Source: Sphagnum compactum
Taxonomy: Eukaryota
NCBI GenBank assembly: GCA_965153455.1
Contig: OZ234494.1
Coordinates: 12,338,001-12,402,000 of the forward strand
Length of the DNA stretch: 64,000 bases
Direction: 5' to 3'
The notes below the pieces were generated by a model. That model saw only the letters and a program-made list of their open reading frames with translations, made no database searches and had not been told where the DNA came from. Below, piece by piece: positions 53,700 to 64,000 of this stretch (the first letter of the stretch is position 1; the number at the start of each line of letters is the position of its first letter). The translations under genes and the position numbers were made by a program.

Positions 53700-55330
53700 T
53701 CTTAAAAAAACATGATTTGTAATATTGGAATATCCCAACCAAGGAAAAAATCTTTTTAGTTTCAATTTGAAATCTTAGAATCCCAAGGATTCGATTGGTA
53801 AGGAAAATAACAATTGAAAACAAGGATTCATATTTTCCCCACCACTTCAAAAGACACTTAATGTTCTTTGCATCAACTTGGTACCACTTGAACATTTTCA
53901 ATTCCCTATTCACCAACTCCTTAGTTGGCTCATTGGTCCCAACTATTATTTTAAAAATGTCAAGACAAGAATCTTGATTTGCCACAATTTTAGATTCAAC
54001 CACAAGGTGTGGTACATGGTGGCATTTCAATAGCATTGGAAACAAAAATCATCTATCATGATCTTCCACAAATGGAAACATTTTATTATTGACCAATAAA
54101 TTAAAAAAAAACCAACCAAAGATTCTTAAATTTTGGGTCTAACATTACAAAAAAATGTTATGGGTGTTCTTTTATTTATACTCATTAAGAATGAAAGAAA
54201 ACCATATAAAACCCCGCATCCTTCTTTTTTGATGTTGGAAGTAATCATATATAACTCCAAAGCCACTCCAAAACCATCTTCCATCAAATTATCCATAGAA
54301 GGTGCAATTTAAAATTCTTCTTTCAATTTCAAGGTCATGGTAATTGTTACACGTAAGGAATCAAAAAGTAACCAATTCCCATGGGATTGGTTTAACACAC
54401 TATTCACAATTGAAAAAAGAATATCAACAATGATGATGCACATTTCTATACATTTTCTTGGGCAAACTTTATACAAATATATTTTAGGCCCATACAAACT
54501 TTTTCATCATTGGTGGCATATTGGTAAGCTTTGGAAAAAACATGACCAAAACATGTCCCGTGAAAACTCTCCTCCAAGCCCAAAGCTTCACATTTCATAA
54601 CAAACTTGAAAACACTTGTCATTGTGTTCAAGTTTAAACCCTCATTCTTAACGTGTTATAGTTTTATTTTTAAAACCATATTCATCCAAAAAATAATCAA
54701 GTCTTTTGCCAATGCCTATCTTATGGTTTTGAAAACCTTAAATAAGCCCATAAGTACATACCTTGGCTTTCAATTAAATCCCAAAATAATTATAACAAAG
54801 GCGAAAACATCATGAATAGTAGCACCCTTGGACATCCAAAAATCAAAACTAGCAGTGGTAAAATACCACTCTTCAAGGTAAGGCAAAACATATGTTTGCT
54901 TGGTTTTTTCCACTAGGCAAACAAAACATCAAGTGAAAAAACATTTCATGAGGGGAACTAAACTCAAGGATACAAATGAAAAACCAAACATTTTAACCAA
55001 CATATTCATGAATTGCAAAGGCAAATGACTTTTCATTACCAAGAATAGAAGATCCTCCAAAAAAACATTATGTTGCACATCATCCTTTTTGAAAGGGTCT
55101 TTCAAATCAAACAAATTTGAAATGGATGAACCAAACATTTTTTTTTTAACATGTTGTTTATCCAAACTTCCTTTCATTGAAAAGTTGGTTTTTTCTTCAA
55201 TTGTTTTTGAAAATTATTGAATGAATCGCAACATTTTTTTAGACATGTTATTCCACTTGTTTTATGATAAGATATTAAACCCTTAATTTGCTTCTCGGGT
55301 TTAAGGAAAACACATGACTAGAATAACACA
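53700..55330 (-). mobile_element. Degenerate hAT-family transposase
   Basis: The hAT C-terminal dimerisation motif CLLKWWGKYESLF...RILGI..QIETKKIFSLVG, plus upstream FLEDLLFLVMKSHLPLQF and CFGHVFSKA; fragmented frames. Confidence 0.85.
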
Positions 55331-58020
55331 AGATCAATGCATGATTTGAGGTGCATCAAGTCTAACTTTTGCATAATTTCACACGTAAAAAGATCAACAT
55401 AAGGCATCTTATTATGCAACTTTCATTTTTTTCTTTGAGAATGCAATAATTTCAAATTTTACGTTTTTTTTCATTATTTTTTGGAATTGTGCTTCCTTGA
55501 GTTTGCATACTTGCATTTTTTTTAGTTTCTTCCATTGCTTCATCTTCAAATTTAACCTCATTAAAAACTATTTCACATCTTTCATTTTGAATTAATGTAT
55601 TTTTATTTCGACTAGACCTTTTTATTTTTCACACAAATTCTCAATGAGACCAAAGGTGGAAGAATTCAAGCAAACAAATGTTTTGCAAGGAATGATATAC
55701 GGAATGTAATATTGCTATGGATAGCTTTAAAAAAACATGCAAACATTTACAAGCAAAAATAAAACCCATTCACTTTTCATCATCGAGCAAAAGTGATCTA
55801 CAAAATATAGTTATAATACACAAAAAAATTTGTTACAAAACTTACACAAGAAAACCAAAAAAAAAAAAAACATTGAATTAATACAATCATCAAGAACAAT
55901 AAAACAAAACATGAAACAAAGCAAAAAGAACATAAAAATACAAAACAAACAAAAACAAAGAAGAGAATTGAAAAAGAAAAAACCTCATGAGAAATGAACT
56001 AAAACTTGCCAAGAAAAGCTCCAAACCTTGACTTGCAAAATGAGAAAAAAGAGGTATTACAAGCTACAAACAAAAAAGACATGAACACAATAACAACATG
56101 AAGCACAAAGGAGCATGTACCTCAAGGGTGAAAGTGACAATGCAAAGCATAAAAGGAGGACACAACAACAACACTAAGAAACACAAAGAGAAGACACAAC
56201 AATAGTAACATGAAAGACACATCAATAGCAGCACCAAGTGTAAAAAGGGAGGCATAATAAGAGGAGTGCAAAGAAACGATTGAACAAACCATGAACCAAA
56301 ACAACATAAGAACACCACAAGAAGAGCCCAAAAAACAAAAAAAAGGAGAGAGATGGGGCCTCTTATAAAGCAACAACACAACACGTAAGGTTTGAGGGAA
56401 CAATCACCTTAAACCTCAATTTGCAATTTATTTTACTTTTTTTCAAACCTAACTCCTTAGTAATAATAATTGTTAAAAAAAATTCTCTCTTGGATTTCAC
56501 ATTTTTGATATTCAGATTTAAATTTAAATATTAATTACATTGTTGAATCTCATAATTTTGGGATGTGCACAATTAGAATATCGCCTCGAATATCATAGCT
56601 TGTGATATTGGGCAAATGTCAATGGTGATATCCGGTCCTAAGATTCAAATTTTTTGGGACACCCATTGTTATACAAGGTTTGAATAATGTTGAGCTTGCA
56701 AATAGGTCAAATGAATTAGAATGCCACATGTTGCTAACCTTTCAAAAACATGCATAGTAGTACCGAGGCTGGTTAGGCACTAATTAAGTACTTGTTGAAA
56801 TTGCCTTAAGGAATGGGCGGTTTTCACGAAAGAACGAACGATTAAAGAACCGCCAATTCCCTGGCTGGTTCTTTGACATTTTCATTTTTTTTTTTGGAGA
56901 ACCGCAGTTGTTGTATACCAAACCCCATTCTGTGGATTTTGTGAGAGTTCCGACAAGCAAGTGAAACACACCCAGGATGAGACCCTCCGGGTATATTGCC
57001 CAAACCTATCCCTCGTTCTAAGAACCGCCCAACACTGATGTCTAGAGTCCCCCCCGCCCCAAAAGAATTTGCTGCTCCCCACGAAATGTACCCACCCCCC
57101 AAGTCATAAAATAGCAACCATCCTTCTCGCTACTCTCGTGCGCCACAGTGCTGCTCTGCAGCAGCAACAACAACAAGCCGCAATTCCTGCAGCCACTTGC
57201 GAGAAGATCCGATCTTTGTTGTTGCTGCTGGTAATCCAATGATCATGATGCTGATTTCAATCTTCGTGATTCCTTTTCAGATGGTTTTTTCCTTGCGACT
57301 GATGAATTTCAAGGACCTTTGAATAGTTTGTTTTGTTTCTTGGGGGAGAACTGATCAGGAGAGAGTAAAATTTTCTCTCGAGATCTCTGTCTCTGTGTGT
57401 GTCTCTCTCTCTCTATCCCAGGACCCAGGTGTTTGGTTTTGTAAAGGCTAAGGTGTTTTTTTTTTTTTTTTTTTTTGGTTGCGGTCTTTGTTGCCAGTTT
57501 AATACTGTAGTGTTTTTGAGAGGTAGTGTTTTTTTTTGTTTTGGTTGTTGCGAGATGCGCGTGTTGGTCGTCACCGCCATGACTGTGCCTTTTTTGGTTT
57601 GTTCGTGTAATTTCGAGAATCGAGAGTGAAGTGGAGCTTACAGCTTTGACCTGGCTGTGAAGATGAATGTTTACACTATGATCTCTCTGCTTGAGCGGAA
57701 TCTCCGTTCAAAACTTCATTGTGTGTCTTTGTATGTCGGTTTCTAGAGCTTTTGAAGGAAATGAGAAAGTAATGGCAATGTACAATTTCGGCAGAATGAG
57801 CTAGAAATCACATGCGTGGTATGTGGAAAATTTGATGAGGAAGTTTGCGTTATATCTTGTCGCAGATCAGGAGCTGCTGCTGGGTTTCAAGATTTGGAAC
57901 CTGGAAAGATTTGAAGCAGAATAGTCGTTTGTTTGTATAAGATTTCATTCAGGCCGCGTGCAAGGCAGTTTGCGATTTTATTTTTTTGGGGGGGGGGGGC
58001 GGGGACGAGAGATTATCACG

Positions 58021-59308
58021 ATGTCTTCTGAAGTTCCAACGCTTCTGGACGCGCACAATGTACGCGTAGTTGGCACGGGTGAAGAGATTGTGGTGTTGGG
58101 TCACGGATTCGGCACCGATCAATCCGTGTGGAAGCATGTGTTGCCGCACCTAGTGGAGGAGTATCGTGTGATTCTGTATGACATGATGGGCGCAGGGACA
58201 ACCGACCCGGAGTATTTCAGCGTCCTGAGATACTCCACGCTGCATGGTCACGCCGATGATTTATTGACCATCCTAGACGAGCTTGAGGTCGACTCTTGCA
58301 TCTTTGTGGGTCACTCGGTTTCTGGTATGGTCGGCTGTCTTGCATCCATCGAGCGACCGTTCCTTTTCTCCAAAATCATCATGTTGTCGGCATCTCCCAG
58401 GTGTGTGTGTGTGTGTGGAGATCCAATGCTTCTCTTGAATTTAGTATTGGTGTTTCGCTTGCACACTTGGAGAGACAGACACAGAGACAGAGAGTATGTG
58501 TGTCTGTGTGTGGAGATCCAATTCTTCTCTTGAATTTAGTATTGGTGTTTTTTTTTTGGGCACACATGGAGAGAATCTAGAAGGGACACGCCATTAAATG
58601 TGTAGATGATTTGAGGCTTGCAGCTGTGGATGACGTTGTACATAGAAGGGAAGAAGAATCACTGTTGTAGCTTGGCGTGGTGTGTGGTGATGGTGGTGAT
58701 GATCTTATAGGTATCTGAATGACGTAGGGTACTTCGGCGGATTCGAGCAAGAGGATCTGAGCCAGCTCTTTCAAGCAATGCAGTCCAACTTCAAGGCGTG
58801 GGTGTCCGGCTTCGCACCCTTGGCTGTAGGGGCAGACATAGATTCCACAGCAGTTCAGGAGTTCGGTAGAACTCTCTTCAACATTCGACCAGACATAGCA
58901 TTTAACGTCGCCAAGACAATCTTCCAGATTGATATGCGCTCCATTTTGCCACAAGTACTAACTCTCTTATCAAATTTCTTCAGGAGCAGTCTGTCCTTTT
59001 GTTTGTGTCGATGTAGTTTGCAAAGCATGTGAGCATCTATTGAGAGCAGCAAAAACCAATTCTACGCCAAGTGCAAAATCAATGAAACTAACGACCACTG
59101 GGTGCAGGTGATTGTACCTTGCCATATCCTGCAGAGCAACAAGGATCTAGCAGTCCCTGTGATAGTGTCGGATCACCTTCATCACGCACTTGGAGGTCCC
59201 ACAATCGTTGAAATTCTTCAGACGGAAGGTCATTTGCCACAACTCAGTTCACCAGACGTTGTCATTCCTGTTTTGAAGCGTCACCTTGTTGGGAATATCC
59301 GAGCTTAA
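58021..59308 (+). CDS. KAI2: KARRIKIN INSENSITIVE2-type alpha/beta-hydrolase receptor (eu-KAI2-like), 3 exons, 274 aa
   Basis: Exons 58021-58400, 58711-58954 and 59108-59308 are GT-AG and total 825 nt. Motifs: [20 protein letters not shown], catalytic Ser [39 protein letters not shown], Asp in KDLAVP, His in [10 protein letters not shown]. Confidence 0.95.
58411..58574. repeat. ~65-bp duplication in KAI2 intron 1
   Basis: gtgtgtggagatccaat..ttctcttgaatttagtattggtgttt...gcacac(t/a)tggagaga at ~58411 and ~58505. Confidence 0.8.
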
Positions 59309-61670
59309 ATGGAATCCTGGCAATCTTCTTCTTCAAGGATCCAGCAGCAAAAGAGCTCTCTCATGTGCCTGCTCAAGCTTCAGATTTGCCTGCAATATAC
59401 ATGACCAAGCTGCTTCCCTGCTTCAATTTCAATTTCTTCAAGGCCAATCAACAGACTGACGCTCCTCAACAGACAAAGAGCCCAGATTGACACAAAACCC
59501 CAATCTTTGAAAGTGATCTGAGTATTGCAGGAGGGAGATTATTGTGAATTTCATGTGGATTGAAAGTGCACTAGCTGTTGTGGTCTGGAATGATTTGCAA
59601 TTCTTGCTTGCAAATTAAAGAGATCAACAGAAAAAATTCTGGTTTGCAGCTACATCAACCAATTAGAGAATCTGTTCAATCGGTTTGATTGCTTCATGTA
59701 GTGTGTGTTCATAGATAGGGCAAGGATTGCTCAATTTCAGACTGCAAGAAAGAGGGAGTTTAATACGAGACCAGAAGAGAGTCTATCTTGGAAGAAGGTC
59801 AAAATCTTGAGCTTCTCTGAAAATGTTTTTTGTGCCAGGTTTCTATTTTGAAGTGCAGGCACGTACATGTAGTTTTGTGTGCAAATGATGGAGTGACTTC
59901 ATGGCAGAAGGATCTGTGGCTTTCATGGAACTAGGCAAGCCATTGCTGAAGCAGGACAGATGCAAGCAATCTTGTTCCAAATTGGATCTTGCTGGATGTA
60001 CATATTTTGCAGTAGATCCTCAAAACCTTTTTCACAGAAACCATTGAACTCCATGAATCAGCAGCTGGAAGCTGGATGCAAAGCTTTGATGTACTTTGAG
60101 ACAGACTCTGGAAATTTGCAATACCTGAAAAAAAGAAATTTCTGGGATTGTTGTTGCACTTTGCCATGTGTTGTTGCCATTGTCTGTCTGTGTATCTAAA
60201 GGTTTACATGTACATGATTTGTGGAGTTGCATGTGTGTCTCAACTCTCTTTTCCCTCCAGCCGGTCATCTCTCTCTGTGTAATGTAATTCAGGTCTGTAC
60301 TTCAGACAACTGAATTCTCCTATTGGGCAGCAGCACATATCTGTCAGATTTCAGCAAACAATGATGCCAGCCGATTGCAGCAGGCCTGAAATTTCACAGA
60401 GCTTCTTGTGATCTGTAGGCAGAGAGTTTTGAGGCTACATGTCAGAGAGATCTAAGCTTCATTCCCTGTCTGTTCTTGTTAGAACTAATCCTGGGAATAC
60501 TATTTAATCCCACTCCAAGCTCCCTCCTCTTCTGAACCTCTCTCATTCCTGTCTGCTTTCTCCTTCCTCACTGCCTCTCGCTTAGTCTCTGTCTCTTCCT
60601 CCCACATTATTCCTTCTCCCATTGCTCTACTGTCAGATCCAAACTCAGATAAGAGTCTACATACTAGAGTCCTTCAAGATTCCGTGAAGAATTTGTGAAT
60701 CCAACCACAAACCTCAATTGTTGAAAAGTTTGCTGCACAGCACAGATTAATGCATAAGTGAATCCCCAAATTTCATGTGCTTGACTGATCTTCAGCAATT
60801 GATTTATGCAACAAACATGGTGATGAACTCTTCCTCTATGGATCAAAATTCTCATGGATCACCAAGATGCTCAAAGATTGCTTACTCTTGAAATCATCAT
60901 GCTATGCTCTCAACTAGGAACACAACATGTTGGTGACATGGTGAAGAGCACGATCTTGGTGAGATTATGATGAGCACAATCTCTCCAGTCATTTGGTAGA
61001 ATCTGTTTACCAGCTGCATGTGTATCCCATCATCATTAATTTCTGATCAGAGATGGTAAACTTGGCTTTTCTGCCCTCTGTCTGATTCATGAGGTTTGGG
61101 ACCTCGGGTAGATTACAAACTGTGGGTTTACACGATGCTTTGTTGCTGTATTTTTCCAGAGTTTAGAACAGCAGTCCTTGTGCTTGCATCTCTCATCTTG
61201 GGTCTCTCATAGGGAACAATTCTTGTCAGGGCAAAATGTTTGTATGTCATTCATCAAAGAGCAGTTGTGAATCCGGAACCCAAAACACTGAGGGTACAGG
61301 AAAGGAGTGCCATCAATTGCAGACTTGAGTTGGAAAATTGGTTCAAATCCACAATTAATCGAACTCCAATTCAGAGTAAGGCTGAAGGATTGGAGATCCT
61401 CAGTTTCTAGTGTCATGAAGCTGGCTTTAATTCATTGGAGGTTCCTCTGTTGTATTGTGTGCCAACAAAATGTTGGTCTCCCTAGCCTGAAGCAAAAAAT
61501 GGTCATAGTTTTTTGAGCCCCGAAGAAGGTGCTCATAAGCAGTGGCTTCATCTACCCCCCTAAGCCTTAAGAGTAAACTAGCAGTGGAAGATGATGAGAA
61601 GTGTTGTGTTTTGTTTGTGAGGAGCTTGTGGAAGATGAGAAGTGCGTGTTTTGTTTGAGGGGCTTCCTTC

Positions 61671-62940
61671 ATGAAGAGCTTGGGTGTTGTAGGAAGGTGT
61701 AGGCCTGATCAAAGAGGATAATGCCTCAAGAAAAAGGAAAGAGGGCAAGGAATTGGAGGGAGGAAGCTGAGGCCTCCGATTGGACTCTTGGCAGGTGCAA
61801 TTTTGGAACAAACCAGAGCACTGGGGCTGGCTTATGAAGCATGGTGGCTCTCTCTTCACTTTCACATTCCGCCTTGACAGATGTGAACTGGACTCCATGG
61901 ACACTAGCTGCACTGTACTTTCCATCTAACAGAGTTTTCTTTCTTGTGTGTTTTGGTGTCATGTGGAGTCGTTTTTGAGCAACATTGTTTTCCAAGCTAC
62001 AGGGGAGTGTATCAAGACATTGTGCAGAAAGTGGTTTGTGCTGAAGCAAGGCCAAATTTTCTGCTTCAAAGAAAACTCTCTTTTCTTCTGTAAAGAATCT
62101 GCCCCTTCCAAGTTACAGAGAAATTTGGGATGATTTGTGTGGTGGTATTTTCACATGGCTTTCTATGACTTAACCACTGGAACTTTTTTTGTGAAGTAGC
62201 ATTGTTTGTACAGGTCGTCATTTCAATGCTCCATTCATGGCTTTGCTAAATACATGAGAACGTATATGTTGAGGTCTGCAACATTGTATATTGCAGGGAG
62301 AAGAGCTGTTGATTTTTTTTTTAATGCGGAAACAATCCTTTTAGACCTGTTTGTCATTTCAGGTCATCCAGAACTCAAAGCCAAGAGGGTTGATTGTGAT
62401 TGGCGTACTTTACCATCAGGGGTGCTGAGGATGTGTTGAACAAGCAATATGCATTTGAGCTTTCTACAATGTATTTCATTGCTGATATAGACAAGTGTGC
62501 TAGGATTTGTGGCCATTTACTTTCTTTTCTTTTCCCTCTGTTCCAATCTTTGGGGGCTTTCTCTTTCTCCTTATGTTTTCATTCTCTGAGCTTTTAGTTT
62601 TTCTCCTTCCACTTCATTACGCTTTTCTTTCCATCCCTGAAATGTTGCAGTGCCTTTACCAGTTTAAATTAAGGTGATTAGATTGTGATTAAAACAATTT
62701 GGAAGAAATCAACACATTGCTGGTCTGCATTTCTTGTTGGCTAATTGTATCCTATCCTATGAGTCAGATTTCAGCTCTTTTGTGTTCCACTCTTACCAGC
62801 AGGTCAAAAGCTTCAATTTTACCTATATCTTCAATTCTGTGTTGAATGCAAGAGAAAGAGGATTGGAACAATTCTGTTGAGCATTTCACTCATTCTGCAT
62901 TCAAAGTCTGTCACAGATGAAGAGGTCTTGGATTATAACA
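61671..62940 (+). pseudogene. Small pleckstrin-homology protein (Arabidopsis PH1-like) pseudogene
   Basis: Exon remnants VQFWNKPEHWGWLMKHG, GECIKTLCRKWFVLKQGQIFCFK, KPRG..(frameshift)..TIRGAEDVLNKQYAFELSTMYFIADIDK and EKEDWNNS...HSKSVTDEEVLDY follow PH1 order. There is a frameshift, loss of conserved residues and a 355-bp insertion. Confidence 0.85.
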
Positions 62941-63108
62941 CAGGCCACTATACACCCCTCCCCCCAATCGAACTCTTGTGAGGCACCTGGCATGGTTCTG
63001 CACAGTTGCACTGCATGGTTCATGTTTTGCACTGATGAACATGTGTTCTACTTTGCAAAACAAAAAAATCTAGTTTATGTATGTTCGTTTCCTTGGAAGT
63101 GGATTTGA

Positions 63109-63270
63109 GCATTGGCCATGGTTTATGCTTTGCAAAAATTCAATTATTATATGTTGGGCAATAGGTTTGTCTTTTATGTTGATCATATGGCACTCTTATA
63201 TTTAATAAGAAACCATAGATATCTAAGAGAATAGCCATATGGTTGCTACTCTTTTTGGAATATCATTTTT
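63109..63270 (+). mobile_element. Ty3/gypsy RNase H fragment
   Basis: ALAMVYALQKFNYYMLGNRFVFYVDHMALLYL...RIAIWLLLFLEY. Confidence 0.8.
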
Positions 63271-63282
63271 CAATAACCATAC

Positions 63283-64000
63283 AAGATAACATTGGCAAGC
63301 TAGATAGACAAAGCTTTGGACCAAGCACTTACAAGAAAAAATATCATGTCAAGGTTCAAAGGTACAAGGATTTGGCCATTGAACCCTAAGGCCATGGATG
63401 CAAAAATTGGCCCTAGTACTATATACACATTGCAGAATCAGACCAAGGAGGAAGAATAGTCAAAGTAAGAGGATGGTGAGCAGGAATGGGCAGAACATAC
63501 AACTACATAAGAATTCATCAACATAGGCTCCGTAACAGAAGTTACAATTATTGATCTATCTGATTATCAACCTAGGTATTATGTGAACATGCCTAGAATT
63601 CCTATAGTCATTAACCATGCATGTGAAAAACATGGTTGAGAATTTGGAACAACCTTCATTGGATGAAGCTGCAGAGTTCAGAAATCCTAAAAGTTCAACT
63701 CAAGTGGCATTGGCAGAAGGCTTTCACAGTTTGTTGTCATTGCCACATTTGCCTACACGAAGGACCAATAGAAGAGAACCATTAGTAGATTATTCTCAAA
63801 GTCATGTTGTGACTTTAGAAGAATATTTGAAGATATGTGACAAAAGGCAATGGATAGGGAGGCAACATAACAAATTAGAGAAAACAGAAGGAAAGAAAGA
63901 TAAGAAAAGCAAGCAAAAAAACACTTACAATGTTGACTGCAGCTGAAAGACTAGCTGAAAAGGAACTTGTAAAACAGTAAAGAGAAAATTTCATTGTAGC
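63283..64000 (+). mobile_element. Degenerate pogo/Tc1-mariner (DDE_1) transposase C-terminal region
   Basis: DKALDQALTRKNIMSRFKGTRIWPLNP matches the N(I)..GF..TGIWP.NP motif, followed by a VVTLEEY and K/E-rich tail; stops present; runs off the window. Confidence 0.65.

Noticed and set aside
57958..58020. N-terminal extension of the KAI2 ORF in the ORF track
   Set aside because: It has a GTG start and a poly-T/poly-G tract; homology begins at ATG 58021.
60456..60466. gcttcattccc resembling the 3' half of miR166
   Set aside because: Only 11 nt match, the 5' half is absent, and there is no complementary arm.

Overview
AT-rich nuclear DNA from a land plant with GT-AG introns. It is most likely a moss, possibly Sphagnum; this is inferred from a moss-type nad4-nad2 mitochondrial insertion and the repeat landscape. 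Three intact multi-exon genes can be assembled by hand: protein-L-isoaspartate O-methyltransferase (PIMT, +, 8718-11812, 8 exons, 218 aa), 3-methylcrotonyl-CoA carboxylase beta subunit (MCCB, -, 21900-18163, 10 exons, 695 aa) and a KAI2-type alpha/beta-hydrolase (+, 58021-59308, 3 exons, 274 aa). Between them lie intron-retaining pseudogenes (MCM3, a PH1-like pleckstrin-homology gene) and decayed transposons (Ty3/gypsy, CACTA, hAT, pogo-like). There is also a Tourist-like MITE and a ~290 bp NUMT carrying the nad4 end, the 26-nt spacer, nad2 exon 1 and the start of group II intron nad2i156. The most unusual items are a young, CpG-rich, minisatellite-filled non-autonomous Helitron with two identical 3' ends (39944-41229), a pre-miRNA-like hairpin inside a mosaic of decayed exons (33122-33240), and two perfect palindromes. 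I found no evidence for a complete new multi-gene system; the findings are individual structures worth checking. All homology calls come from recognising motifs by eye, not from database searches.
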